Made by a program: the position numbers and the translations under genes
From: Candidatus Zixiibacteriota bacterium
GTDB taxonomy: Bacteria; Zixibacteria; MSB-5A5; GN15; JAAZOE01
Reading direction: 5' to 3'
NCBI GenBank assembly: GCA_043819555.1
Contig: JBDREQ010000063.1
Coordinates: 64,001-128,000, forward strand
Length of the DNA stretch: 64,000 bases
Shown here: piece after piece, positions 1-9,428 of the stretch
How positions within the stretch are numbered: position 1 is the stretch's first letter
Layout: each line of letters starts with the position of its first letter
Notes under the pieces: model-generated
Database searches by the model: none
What the model saw: only the letters and a program-made list of their open reading frames with translations
What the model was told of the DNA's origin: nothing

Positions 1-59
1 AATGCGCGATTTGACTATATTTTAGCAGATTCGTTTTCCTGTTACAGGCGGGAGGCTTT

Positions 60-1367
60 ATGAAAAAACTATTTGTGTATTTAATCATCATTTGTGCGGG
101 GATAATCTGTCTGCAGTGTTCAAAAATAATCGAACCGTTCAACACCAACGTCACAACCGGCTCAGACAATAATAACCCTGGCCTGGATCCGGAATATCCC
201 GACCCGGGATCGGATCGCACTCCCGGGCAATTTACTTTGGCCGAAAAAGGAATGGTCGGGTCGATTAATTCGTTTGGCCTCAAATTATTTAAAAAAATCA
301 ATAATGCCTCGGCCAATAACAAAAACCTGTTTATCTCCCCCTTGTCCGTTTCTTATGCCCTGGGAATGGCCTACAACGGCGCTGGTGGCGAAACTAAAGA
401 AGCGATGGCCTCGACCCTTGAGTTGCCCGAATTATCACCAATTGACATAAATTTATGCTATAAAAACATGACCCAGATACTTGGCAATCTTGATGAATAT
501 GTAACTTTTAATATCGCCAATTCAATCTGGTACCGCAACGGCTTTCCCGTGAAGCAAAGTTTTCTCGATATAAACCGGCAATACTTCCTGGCTACCGTTC
601 GAGCCCTTGATTTTAACGATCCTTCATCGGCTGACACCATAAACACCTGGGTTGATATAAACACAAATGGAAAAATTACCAATATTATTAATCCCCCAAT
701 TGACCCGCTGACAATGATGTATCTTATCAATGCCATATATTTCAAGGGCGGGTGGTCGCTGCCGTTCGACCCTGAATTCAGCTTCGATATGGATTTCACA
801 CGCGAAGACGGCTCCGATGTGCCCCGGACTTTCATGCGAGCCGACACAAGCTTTAATTATACCGAGAACGACCTCTTTCAGGCCATAGAATTAATGTACG
901 GCGACAGCGCCTTCTCAATTGTTATAATCCTTCCCCTTCCGGAATATACTGTCAATGATATTATTGCCCAATTGGACACCGATGCCTGGGCCCAATGGGT
1001 ATCGCAACTGGAAGATCAAACGGTTTATCTCAAACTTCCCAAATTCAAATTCAAATATGAAATCAGGCCAAAACAGATTCTTGCCGAAATGGGAATGAAT
1101 ATCGCATTTCAGCCGTACGCAGCCGATTTTACACCAATTGCCGATATCAATGATTTGCACATCAGCGATATTATCCATAAAACTTTCGTTCAGCTTGATG
1201 AAGAGGGAACCGAGGCGGCGGCCGTTACCGTTGTCGCGTTCGGGGTTACATCAATTGACCCAACGCCATATATGACGATTAATCGTCCATTCTTGTTTGC
1301 GATTCGAGAACGGGTATCGGGTACAATTTTATTTATTGGTAAAGTTGCCGACCCGGTATGGGAATAA
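60..1367 (+). CDS. Serpin family protein, probable lipoprotein
   Basis: NLFISPLS, NAIYFKGGW, hinge EEGTEAAAVT and C-terminal INRPFLFAIRE motifs; hydrophobic N-terminus with lipobox-like Cys. Confidence 0.95.
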   Translation: MKKLFVYLIIICAGIICLQCSKIIEPFNTNVTTGSDNNNPGLDPEYPDPGSDRTPGQFTLAEKGMVGSINSFGLKLFKKINNASANNKNLFISPLSVSYALGMAYNGAGGETKEAMASTLELPELSPIDINLCYKNMTQILGNLDEYVTFNIANSIWYRNGFPVKQSFLDINRQYFLATVRALDFNDPSSADTINTWVDINTNGKITNIINPPIDPLTMMYLINAIYFKGGWSLPFDPEFSFDMDFTREDGSDVPRTFMRADTSFNYTENDLFQAIELMYGDSAFSIVIILPLPEYTVNDIIAQLDTDAWAQWVSQLEDQTVYLKLPKFKFKYEIRPKQILAEMGMNIAFQPYAADFTPIADINDLHISDIIHKTFVQLDEEGTEAAAVTVVAFGVTSIDPTPYMTINRPFLFAIRERVSGTILFIGKVADPVWE

Positions 1368-1420
1368 ATCTTAAGCTGCGATTACGGGCGGTTCATGTTA
1401 TATGCGACCGCCCATTTTAT

Positions 1421-1768
1421 TCAATAATCCCCGCGTTTGGGAACAATACAAATCATCACAAAATCATCATCGTTTGGATTTGAATATTGATGCTCGGTGT
1501 TGGGTGGCACGAAAGCGAATGCGCCTTGGGATAATTCATGTTTTACGCCGTCAATTTCCACATTCCCCTTACCCGAAATAATATAATTGACATGTTCCCA
1601 ATCATGACTATGTTTGGGTGTGTGGCCATCCGGTTTCAGAGTAAAGACGCGAAGCGTATTTTCTTTCCAGCCCTCATCCGGTCCGATGGGAACCTGCTTG
1701 CAGACGTTGGCGATACCCTCTCCAGTAATTTCATCTTTCGTGATTTCATCTATGTGTTTGATGTACAA
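1421..1768 (-). CDS. Cupin domain protein
   Basis: HTPKHSHDWEH and VPPNTEHQYSN cupin motifs; AGGAGG precedes TTG at 1768, so start placed there rather than 1789. Confidence 0.85.
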   Translation of the reverse strand: MYIKHIDEITKDEITGEGIANVCKQVPIGPDEGWKENTLRVFTLKPDGHTPKHSHDWEHVNYIISGKGNVEIDGVKHELSQGAFAFVPPNTEHQYSNPNDDDFVMICIVPKRGDY

Positions 1769-1840
1769 TTTATTCCTCCTTGTGAGCATAGAAATATCTC
1801 TATGACTTCAAACGATCCCGAGACTATAATTGTTTGGATA

Positions 1841-1868
1841 AAAAAACCCCGCTCAAAAATAACGGGGT
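1841..1868 (-). terminator. Intrinsic terminator after dnaN
   Basis: ACCCCG...CGGGGT hairpin followed by a T-run on the minus strand. Confidence 0.6.
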
Positions 1869-1887
1869 CGTCAAATTTATTACCTCT

Positions 1888-3000
1888 TTATTCCGTCAAC
1901 CTAAGCGGCATCAAAAGGCAGAGATAGTCATCTTTCGGCGTTTCGGTTGAATAAATAATTCCGGCCGCAACCGGGCTGGATAATTCAAATATAACTTCAT
2001 CGCTGTCAATCTTATTCAAAATATCAGCCACATACCCGGCGTTATAACCGATTTCAATTGACTCTCCCTTATATTCACAAGGAAGATTTTCTTTGGCTTC
2101 ACCACCCACATCGGTGTTTGTCGTCGATAAATTAAGCTTATTATTCTTTACCCCGAATTTCACCTGATGGGTCAGGGAATTGGACAGAATTGATACGCGC
2201 CTGACTGAAGAAGATAAATCGCTGCGCGAGATTATCATCTTTTTATCCGAGTTGCTCGGGATGACGGCCTCAAAGTTGGGATATGGCCCCTCGATTAAGC
2301 GAGAACTTACGATAGTATCGCCGAGGTTAAAAATTATCCTATTTTCTTCAAATATTATTCCCACGCTCTCTTCGTCATCGCCGATAAACTTAGGTATAAG
2401 ATCCAGAACCTTTGGGGGGATAATTACATCATCATTAAGGCCTTTTAATTTTTTGTTTTCCATCGCGACGCGAGCCAGCCGATGACCGTCGGTTGCCACC
2501 ATCATCATCCGTTCGCTTTTAGTTTGCCATAATACGCCGTTAAGGGCCGGGCGAGTTTCATCATTACTGCAGGCGAAGGTGGTGCGCGTAATCATCTCAA
2601 CTAAAGATTTGGCGTCAACTTTAACCTGTTTTTTTAGGTTGATTGCGGGCAATTCGGGAAACTCGTCGGGGGAGATCGATCCTAATTTATAGTTACCGTT
2701 TGGGACTTTAAGCTCAACGCGGTTGGAGATACTCTCAAAGGAAATATCGGATTCGGGCAAATCCTTGACGATATCAAAAAGCATTCTTCCGGGAATAACC
2801 GCTGAACCCTTTTTACTTATATCGGCATCAAGAGTTGTTGTAATCGTGACATCAAGATCGGTGGCAGATATTTTTATTTTTTTCTCCAAACATTCCATAA
2901 GGATATTTGATAAAATGGGCAGAGTTGATTTTGAGGGGACTACCGTCAAAACCGATTGAAGATGTTTTGTCAATCTTGATTTGGGTAGTGAAAATTTCAT
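1888..3000 (-). CDS. dnaN: DNA polymerase III beta sliding clamp
   Basis: STLPILSNIL, SATDLD, VATDGHRLA, RLIEGPYPNF and LLMPLRL motifs; downstream of dnaA; start placed at MKFSL (3000). Confidence 0.97.
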   Translation of the reverse strand: MKFSLPKSRLTKHLQSVLTVVPSKSTLPILSNILMECLEKKIKISATDLDVTITTTLDADISKKGSAVIPGRMLFDIVKDLPESDISFESISNRVELKVPNGNYKLGSISPDEFPELPAINLKKQVKVDAKSLVEMITRTTFACSNDETRPALNGVLWQTKSERMMMVATDGHRLARVAMENKKLKGLNDDVIIPPKVLDLIPKFIGDDEESVGIIFEENRIIFNLGDTIVSSRLIEGPYPNFEAVIPSNSDKKMIISRSDLSSSVRRVSILSNSLTHQVKFGVKNNKLNLSTTNTDVGGEAKENLPCEYKGESIEIGYNAGYVADILNKIDSDEVIFELSSPVAAGIIYSTETPKDDYLCLLMPLRLTE

Positions 3001-3029
3001 ACGATGCTCCTTAATAAATCTTCTGGCGA

Positions 3030-3262
3030 TGCTATCCACACCATCTTATTATTTTATTCTCTTATATATCTAAAAAATAATAATAATTAGTCCTGTGGAT
3101 ATGTGGACAACAACACCTCAATCAATATAAACTCCGGTAAATATTGAGTTTTTCGTGCCCCTATAAGATACGGGGGGGGTGAAAATGATGTCAACAAGTG
3201 TTTTTTTCTCATAGCCTTATCAACACGAAAATTTTTTCTACTATTTCCACACATATTTCCAC
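3030..3262. other. oriC sub-region between dnaA and dnaN (DnaA boxes, DnaA-trios, AT-rich DUE)
   Basis: Tandem DnaA-box-like TGTGGATAT (3094-3102) and TGTGGACAA (3102-3110) next to TAATAATAATTAG trio-like repeats and an AT-rich tract; further boxes CTATCCACA (3032), TTATCAACA (3217), ATTTCCACA (3244). Confidence 0.85.
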
Positions 3263-3286
3263 TAATCTTTCAACCGGATACTCACC

Positions 3287-4666
3287 TTAGCTTGATAGGC
3301 TGTTTTGTATAGATTCCAACCTTCTTCGAAAGCCGCTATCAGACAAACTCATTTTCTCAACCAAATTACAGGCGTGGATTACAGTGCTATGGTCTCGCCC
3401 GCCAAATTCATCCCCAATCGCCTTTAATGAATTGCCGGTGAGATTTCGAGAAAGATACATGGCCACCTGGCGAGCCAGGGCTATATTCTGGGTCTTTTTT
3501 CGCGCTGAAAGCATATCAATCTCAATATCAAAACTATCGGAAACCTTCTTTTTAATGGCTTTGATTGAAACCGTCTTCCTGCGGGTTCGAAAAGTATCGG
3601 ACAAAACCTTCTCAGCCATCTCAAGATTCAGCTCCACGCCACGCAGAGAAGCGTAGGCCAGGATGCGGATCAGGGAACCCTCCAACTCACGGATATTAGT
3701 CGTTACCGAATCGGCAATGAACGATATAATATCCTCGCCGACGACAATACCTTCCGCCTCAACCTTGCGATTCAAAATTGCCATTCTGGTTTCAAGGTCA
3801 GGTGGCTGAATATCCGTCACTAGACCGCAGGAAAACCTCGACAAAAGGCGCTCTTCCATGCCCTTAATATCCTTGGGGGCGCGATCTGAGGTCAGGATAA
3901 TCTGCTTTCCCACATTGTGGAGAGTGTTGAAAGTATGGAAAAACTGTTCCTGGGTCGATTCTTTACCGGCGAAAAATTGGGTATCATCAATCAGCAAGGC
4001 ATCAACGTTGCGGTATCGGTTGACAAAATCGCTGGTCGTATTTCGAGAAATCGAATCGATGAATTCCGATGTAAACTTCTCCGAAGTCGCGTAAAGAATC
4101 CTCTTAGTCAAATCATTTTCGAGGATATAATGTCCAATCCCCTGAAGCAAATGAGTTTTGCCCAATCCCACCCCGCCATAAATATAGAGCGGGTTATACT
4201 TTGTTTTGCCGGGCGCTTCAGCTACCGCTAGGGAAGCGGCGTATGGGAATTGATTGAAATTTCCAACGACCAAGTTTTCAAAAGTATATCTGTCGTTGAG
4301 CATGCCGGCGCCATGATTACTTTTTCTTATGGCCGGAATGTCGGAAGATGAGAAATGCTCAATCGGTATCGATGTCCGGCGAAAATTAAATTCAGTCTGA
4401 CCAGAACCTTCGTGTTTTACTGTAAAGCAAAACGGAACGGTTTCTCCGATCGATTGAGTTATGGCTTCATCAATCAATCCAGAATAATGTTCTCCAATCC
4501 ATTCCGCTACAAACTGATTGGGGACAATAATTTGTAGCCCGCCATTGCTGTCCGATACACCCTTGGTCTGCTTCAACCAGGTGGCAAAAGACTGCTTTTT
4601 TACTCGCCGTGAAAGATACTGTAGACAATCATCCCATATTTTTTGGTGATCCCCTGAAATCGTCAT
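3287..4666 (-). CDS. dnaA: Chromosomal replication initiator protein DnaA
   Basis: YNPLYIYGGVGLGKTHLL Walker A, QEQFFHTFN, NIRELEG and GGRDHSTVIHA motifs. Confidence 0.99.
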   Translation of the reverse strand: MTISGDHQKIWDDCLQYLSRRVKKQSFATWLKQTKGVSDSNGGLQIIVPNQFVAEWIGEHYSGLIDEAITQSIGETVPFCFTVKHEGSGQTEFNFRRTSIPIEHFSSSDIPAIRKSNHGAGMLNDRYTFENLVVGNFNQFPYAASLAVAEAPGKTKYNPLYIYGGVGLGKTHLLQGIGHYILENDLTKRILYATSEKFTSEFIDSISRNTTSDFVNRYRNVDALLIDDTQFFAGKESTQEQFFHTFNTLHNVGKQIILTSDRAPKDIKGMEERLLSRFSCGLVTDIQPPDLETRMAILNRKVEAEGIVVGEDIISFIADSVTTNIRELEGSLIRILAYASLRGVELNLEMAEKVLSDTFRTRRKTVSIKAIKKKVSDSFDIEIDMLSARKKTQNIALARQVAMYLSRNLTGNSLKAIGDEFGGRDHSTVIHACNLVEKMSLSDSGFRRRLESIQNSLSS

Positions 4667-4689
4667 AAGGTATTACCCCTCAAGCAATG

Positions 4690-4858
4690 TTTTCCACATA
4701 TAATGTTGACAACTATACCATCGCAACATGTGGCAGTTCAACCGGTTGCCACAGGCGCTAGCGCGTCGCGTTGAAGTTTTCCACAATTATAGAGAATTCT
4801 TCCTGTATCAATTACGTTGAACGCCATACAAGTACGGGCCCCCGTGGAGTTATCCACA
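4690..4858. promoter_or_regulatory. DnaA-box cluster upstream of dnaA (oriC part / autoregulation)
   Basis: Perfect TTATCCACA at 4850-4858; TTTTCCACA at 4690-4698 and 4777-4785. Confidence 0.8.
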
Positions 4859-5246
4859 TCTTTTTAACATATTATCGTTCATAGAGTTCTGTCAATATTA
4901 TAGGGCTATTGGCGTTTGCTGTCAAGGGGCATTTCGACAAATAAAATCCACCCCATCGCAACCTATTAAAATGACGTAAGTTCGGGGCAAAAGTTTTCTA
5001 CGATAAATGTTGATAATTATGCAATCTTCCATGAAATCGAAAACAAGAACCTCCTAACGCCAATTCACACATCCAGTAATAGCCCTATCCCTCAAATAAC
5101 ATAAAACTGGACCAGTAATGATTCAACAACGATTTATACCGATTCCTGCTAAACGGCCGCATAAAATAGCGATCCAAAGCAATATCTAAACAATGGCGCC
5201 ATTTTTACGAATGGGTCAAGATATAAGGGAAAGAATTAAGGTGGAA

Positions 5247-5279
5247 AAATCGCATCAGATTAAATATCTGATGCGATTT
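5247..5279 (-). terminator. Hairpin/terminator after Rrf2 gene
   Basis: AAATCGCATCAGAT-N5-ATCTGATGCGATTT perfect inverted repeat. Confidence 0.65.
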
Positions 5280-5289
5280 ATTTATATTT

Positions 5290-5694
5290 TTATTTTTTCT
5301 TTTTGGTAAGCAGATCGCCGAGGTTCATTTTCTTAAATTCAACCTTCATTGCATCCTGCGCTTTCTTATATACCTTGACAAGCTTGCAATCCGGTTCCTT
5401 GTGGCAATCAATCGGCCCCTTTATACAATCATAAAGAAAAATCGTCCCCTGAACCGCTTCGAGAATATCGAGCATAGTAATTTTTTCTGGAGGCCGCGTC
5501 AAACGAACTCCGCCGCCATAGCCCCGAACTGAACGCACCAAACCCGCGCGCGACAAATCAGAAAGAATCTGTGGCAGAAACTTCGACGGAATTTCCTGTG
5601 CCTGAGCGATTTTCTCAGATGTCGAAAAATGGTCCTTGGCCTCAGCCAACTGCCACAGCGCGCGAATTGCATACTCTGTACGATTGTTAATCAT
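5290..5694 (-). CDS. Rrf2 family transcriptional regulator
   Basis: EYAIRAL, SVRGYGGGVRL wHTH motif; three C-terminal Cys as possible Fe-S ligands. Confidence 0.93.
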   Translation of the reverse strand: MINNRTEYAIRALWQLAEAKDHFSTSEKIAQAQEIPSKFLPQILSDLSRAGLVRSVRGYGGGVRLTRPPEKITMLDILEAVQGTIFLYDCIKGPIDCHKEPDCKLVKVYKKAQDAMKVEFKKMNLGDLLTKKKK

Positions 5695-6028
5695 TTAACT
5701 CCTCTTTACTTTTTTTTGGGGTTGTTTTATAATTGGCATCAAACAATCTTCTTCCATACGACATAATTCCAAAAAAGGACACCAATACCTATAATGAATA
5801 AATGTCTAACGAAATATATCAGTTCAGAGTGACATTATACGACATAAATACTCGTTAGTAAAGAATTTTTTTTGGAATTGTTATATTCCCCCTGAAAAAT
5901 TCAAGCCAGGCTTAAGTAATTCCATGTAATTTGGGGAATTAAGTATATGAAATATCCATAATCGGCTTGACAAAATCACTCAAAATAATAAATTGCTGGA
6001 GCGTCGTTCGGATAAAGAAAGGTTGGGC

Positions 6029-6625
6029 GTGATTAGGATTATATGCGCCCTGGGAAATCCGGGCAAGCAATATTTATATTCGCGGCATAATTTTGGTTTT
6101 GCCGTTTTGGATCGACTCAGGGAGCGACTGGAAATTATCAAAAGTGGTCGTGCCAATTGGTTTGATTATGATTATATACGAGGCGATTCGGGAAATTTAG
6201 TTTTAATGAAACCCGCGACTTTTGTAAACAGATCGGGGGTGGCGGTGGCTGAAGCGTTGAATCTATATTCGGCTATACCGTCAGAGCTCTTTGTCATCGT
6301 TGACGATTTTAATCTGAGCCTGGGAAGCATCAGGATTAGAAAATCAGGTTCGGCGGGCGGACACAACGGCCTGGCTGCGATAATCGAAACTATCGAGGAC
6401 GATCAATTTCCTCGGTTGCGTGGCGGTGTTGGTCCGTTGCCGGAAGGATATTCCGGATCCCCGGATAAAATCTCCGATTTTGTTCTGAGCCGCTTTGCGT
6501 CGGACGAGATAAAAGTCGTTAATAATCTGCTTAATCGCTCGGCCATGGCGGTTTTGGAAGTCATTAAGAACGGTCTTGATTTGGCGATAAGTAGATACAA
6601 CAACAATAACCCTACTCTGGAATAG
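6029..6625 (+). CDS. pth: Peptidyl-tRNA hydrolase
   Basis: LGNPGKQY..SRHNFGF, KPATFVNRSG, GSAGGHNGL motifs; GTG start assumed at 6029. Confidence 0.95.
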   Translation: MIRIICALGNPGKQYLYSRHNFGFAVLDRLRERLEIIKSGRANWFDYDYIRGDSGNLVLMKPATFVNRSGVAVAEALNLYSAIPSELFVIVDDFNLSLGSIRIRKSGSAGGHNGLAAIIETIEDDQFPRLRGGVGPLPEGYSGSPDKISDFVLSRFASDEIKVVNNLLNRSAMAVLEVIKNGLDLAISRYNNNNPTLE

Positions 6626-6656
6626 AAATTCCAGGGTCAATTAAGTCCGAAGGGAG
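6609..6656 (+). promoter_or_regulatory. Probable S6:S18 ribosomal protein leader RNA
   Basis: CCCT able to pair with SD AGGGAG, inner hairpin CTCTGGAAT/ATTCCAGGG, and CCG just before the rpsF SD. Confidence 0.6.
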
Positions 6657-6661
6657 AAATA

Positions 6662-7105
6662 ATGACTCTTTACGACACCACCTTTATACTCAATCCACAA
6701 TTGGAAGAATCCGGACTTGACGAGCGTGTGAAACAAGTGATCGAGCTTATTAATTCACATGGCGGAAAAGTTACCAAAGAAAACCGGATGGGAATGCGTC
6801 GGCTGGCTTATGAAATCCAAAAAATGACACAAGGTTATTACGTCAATCTGGTTTTTGAGGGCAGCGGCGATACCGTAAAAGAACTGGAGCATCGTTTTCG
6901 ACTCGATGAAAATTGTATGCGCTTTTTAACCTGTCTTTACAAGGAAGTTCCCGAAAAAACCATTAGTTCCCGCTCGCCTCGCGATGATGATGATCGCGAT
7001 TCGAATCACGATTTTGGGGATCGCGACCGAAATCGAGGTTTTGGGGATCGTGAACGAAAGCGGGATTTTGGGGATCGTTTAAGACCCAGAATAGATGAGG
7101 ATTAA
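6662..7105 (+). CDS. rpsF: 30S ribosomal protein S6 with charged C-terminal extension
   Basis: YDTTFILNP, GMRRLAYEIQK motifs; upstream of rpsR. Confidence 0.96.
   Translation: MTLYDTTFILNPQLEESGLDERVKQVIELINSHGGKVTKENRMGMRRLAYEIQKMTQGYYVNLVFEGSGDTVKELEHRFRLDENCMRFLTCLYKEVPEKTISSRSPRDDDDRDSNHDFGDRDRNRGFGDRERKRDFGDRLRPRIDED
7012..7077 (+). repeat. Three 27-nt-period repeats in the rpsF tail
   Basis: TTTTGGGGATCG at 7012, 7039, 7066, encoding [DG]FGDR. Confidence 0.8.
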
Positions 7106-7170
7106 TAAGGGAAAACAGCGCCTAAAAAAGCCGAAGAGCATTAACCGGATTAAAAGAAAGAGTATAAATT

Positions 7171-7428
7171 ATGGCCTTCATTAGAAGAAAAAAAGCCCGC
7201 TTTGCGGATAAAAAAAAGAAACGCCATTGCCGTTTCTGCGAATACAAAATAGATGCCGTTGATTATCGCGATGAACGCATTCTTAAGCGGTTTGTTACTG
7301 AACGAGGGAAAATCATCCCGAAAAGGATTTCAGGTACTTGCGCCTTCCATCAACGCATTGTAACAACGGCTATAAAACGGGCCCGGCATCTGGCGATTTT
7401 GCCATTTGTAGCCGAGTCTTTCAAATAG
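7171..7428 (+). CDS. rpsR: 30S ribosomal protein S18
   Basis: [32 protein letters not shown]. Confidence 0.98.
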   Translation: MAFIRRKKARFADKKKKRHCRFCEYKIDAVDYRDERILKRFVTERGKIIPKRISGTCAFHQRIVTTAIKRARHLAILPFVAESFK

Positions 7429-7444
7429 AAACGGGCAGGTAACT

Positions 7445-8380
7445 GTGCAATCCCGCACGGTGATAATATCATCCACCGTATTCTTAACCGCCCTGGCGGC
7501 CTACTGGTCGTTAATCCCCGGGATAGGTTTTCTCCTGGAAATTTATCTTATGTGGGGAATCATTGTCGCCACGGTTGAAGGGCGCCATTGGATGATTGTC
7601 GGCGCCTCAATTGTCGCCATAATTTTCGGCGCGATTCCGGGGATAGCTGTTATGCCGATGATGTTTCTATTGCCTAACCTGGTCAAATTAATTTTGCCGG
7701 CCATGATAATAGGATTTTTGCTGAATCGGGGTATCAAGGCCACGGCCGCATTCTGGTTTGCGGTCGGCTGTATGGCGCTTATTATGACCGTCAGCTATTT
7801 ACAGACAATGGGATTTATGTCCGAACTAATCGAAGATGTCCATCTGCGAACCCTGGGATGGTTCAAATCAACCTTGATATCGGCAGGATACAGTACCGAA
7901 TTTATTGAATCTGTGGGCGATTCTCTGGTTCGGGCCAAAAACATGCTTCTGCATCTATTGCCGGGATTAATGATCCTGACGGGTATTGGCCAGATTTTCG
8001 TTTCGATGGTTTTGGTTGAGTGGTATTTTACTAAACGGGACAGCTATTTCCCCGGATTTGGGCGTTTCGTTTATTGGAAAATGCCCGAAAAATCATTATA
8101 TTTTTGGACGGCGGCCATCATGATTCGGCTCTTATGGACCGGTACCGCGCAAATGATTGCCGATAACGCTTTGCTGATATTCGTCAGCTTTTATTCTGTT
8201 ACCGGTTTGTCATTAATTGAGTATGGACTTCGCAAGCTGAGATTGCCGAAATTGATCCGTATCATTTTTTATATCGGCCTGTTTTTTATGCAGATTCCCG
8301 GTCTCATCGCGGCGGCGGCCGCCGGGCTGTTTGACAGTTACTTTGATTTTAGAAAGGTCCGAGCCCATTCTCTTGGATAA
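7445..8380 (+). CDS. DUF2232/YybS family membrane protein
   Basis: Multiple TM helices, C-terminal GLFDSYFDFRK, position between rpsR and rplI. Confidence 0.85.
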   Translation: MQSRTVIISSTVFLTALAAYWSLIPGIGFLLEIYLMWGIIVATVEGRHWMIVGASIVAIIFGAIPGIAVMPMMFLLPNLVKLILPAMIIGFLLNRGIKATAAFWFAVGCMALIMTVSYLQTMGFMSELIEDVHLRTLGWFKSTLISAGYSTEFIESVGDSLVRAKNMLLHLLPGLMILTGIGQIFVSMVLVEWYFTKRDSYFPGFGRFVYWKMPEKSLYFWTAAIMIRLLWTGTAQMIADNALLIFVSFYSVTGLSLIEYGLRKLRLPKLIRIIFYIGLFFMQIPGLIAAAAAGLFDSYFDFRKVRAHSLG

Positions 8381-8409
8381 AAATTTGGATTTGAAAGGAT
8401 AGATAAACA

Positions 8410-8856
8410 ATGAAAGTTATTTTAACCGACGATGTCACCGATTTGGGGCAAACCGGCGATACAATTGAGGTCAAAACCGGTTACGCCCGCAATTTTCTTA
8501 TCCCCCGCAACCTGGCTATTCCCGCCACTAAGGGAAACCTGCGGGCGGTGGATCATGTTAAGAAAGAAAAGGAACTGCGCGACAAAAAACGCCGCCGCGG
8601 CGCCGAGAAAATTCGCGATGATATCCAAAAGCTTTCCCTGACCAGCTCGCTGGCGGTGGGTGAAGAAGATCAAGTGTACGGTTCGATCACCAGCCATAAC
8701 ATTGCCGATTTGATCGCGAAAGAAGGCTGCACGATCGAGAGACGCTGGATACAGCTTGAAGAACCGATTAAGGCTTTAGGCATGTACACTATCAAGATAA
8801 AAATCGAAAAAGACGTCGAGGCGGCAGTAAAACTATTGGTTGAAAAAAAGGCATAA
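8410..8856 (+). CDS. rplI: 50S ribosomal protein L9
   Basis: MKVILTDDV..LG, VKTGYARNFLIP, EPIKALG. Confidence 0.98.
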   Translation: MKVILTDDVTDLGQTGDTIEVKTGYARNFLIPRNLAIPATKGNLRAVDHVKKEKELRDKKRRRGAEKIRDDIQKLSLTSSLAVGEEDQVYGSITSHNIADLIAKEGCTIERRWIQLEEPIKALGMYTIKIKIEKDVEAAVKLLVEKKA

Positions 8857-8859
8857 CGA

Positions 8860-9363
8860 ATGGCAATGGTAGAAATTCAAATAGACGGCCTGGCGATGGA
8901 TCTCGTATCCAATTCGCCAGTCGTCGTATTGGCTTCAAAAGAATTAAATAAGGTTTTACCGATCTGGATCGGCCATAGCGAAGCCTGGGCCATCGCCATG
9001 GAAATCTCCGGGATGGGATCCAAACGGCCGATGACTCATGATCTTTTCAAAAACGCGATTTTGGCCATGGACGCCAAACTTGATAAGGTCGAAATCACCG
9101 ATCTAAAAGACCAAACGTTTTATGCTCGGCTGCATATTATTATCGGTGGCAAACATATCGATCTCGACGCCCGCCCTTCCGATTCGATCGCGTTGGCCCT
9201 AAAGACCAAATGCCCGATTTTCATCAACGAGGATTTATTATCCATTCAACCGAAAACAGACGAACCGCCAGAAAAACAGATGCCCCCGTCAGGACCGCCG
9301 GAATCTCTGGCCGACCGCCTCAAACGCATCGACCCGGAAGATTTTGGGAAATATTCGCTGTAG
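8860..9363 (+). CDS. Bifunctional nuclease family protein (DUF151)
   Basis: LPIWIG..EA, RPMTHDL, DARPSDSIALA motifs. Confidence 0.93.
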   Translation: MAMVEIQIDGLAMDLVSNSPVVVLASKELNKVLPIWIGHSEAWAIAMEISGMGSKRPMTHDLFKNAILAMDAKLDKVEITDLKDQTFYARLHIIIGGKHIDLDARPSDSIALALKTKCPIFINEDLLSIQPKTDEPPEKQMPPSGPPESLADRLKRIDPEDFGKYSL

Positions 9364-9428
9364 AGTTTTAGAATGTACATAATCCGGGATATTTATCTTT
9401 GAATTGACAATTATTGAATCATCCAGCC

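Noticed and set aside
4860..5290. Expected rpmH gene divergent from dnaA
   Set aside because: No MKRT.QP-like reading frame found
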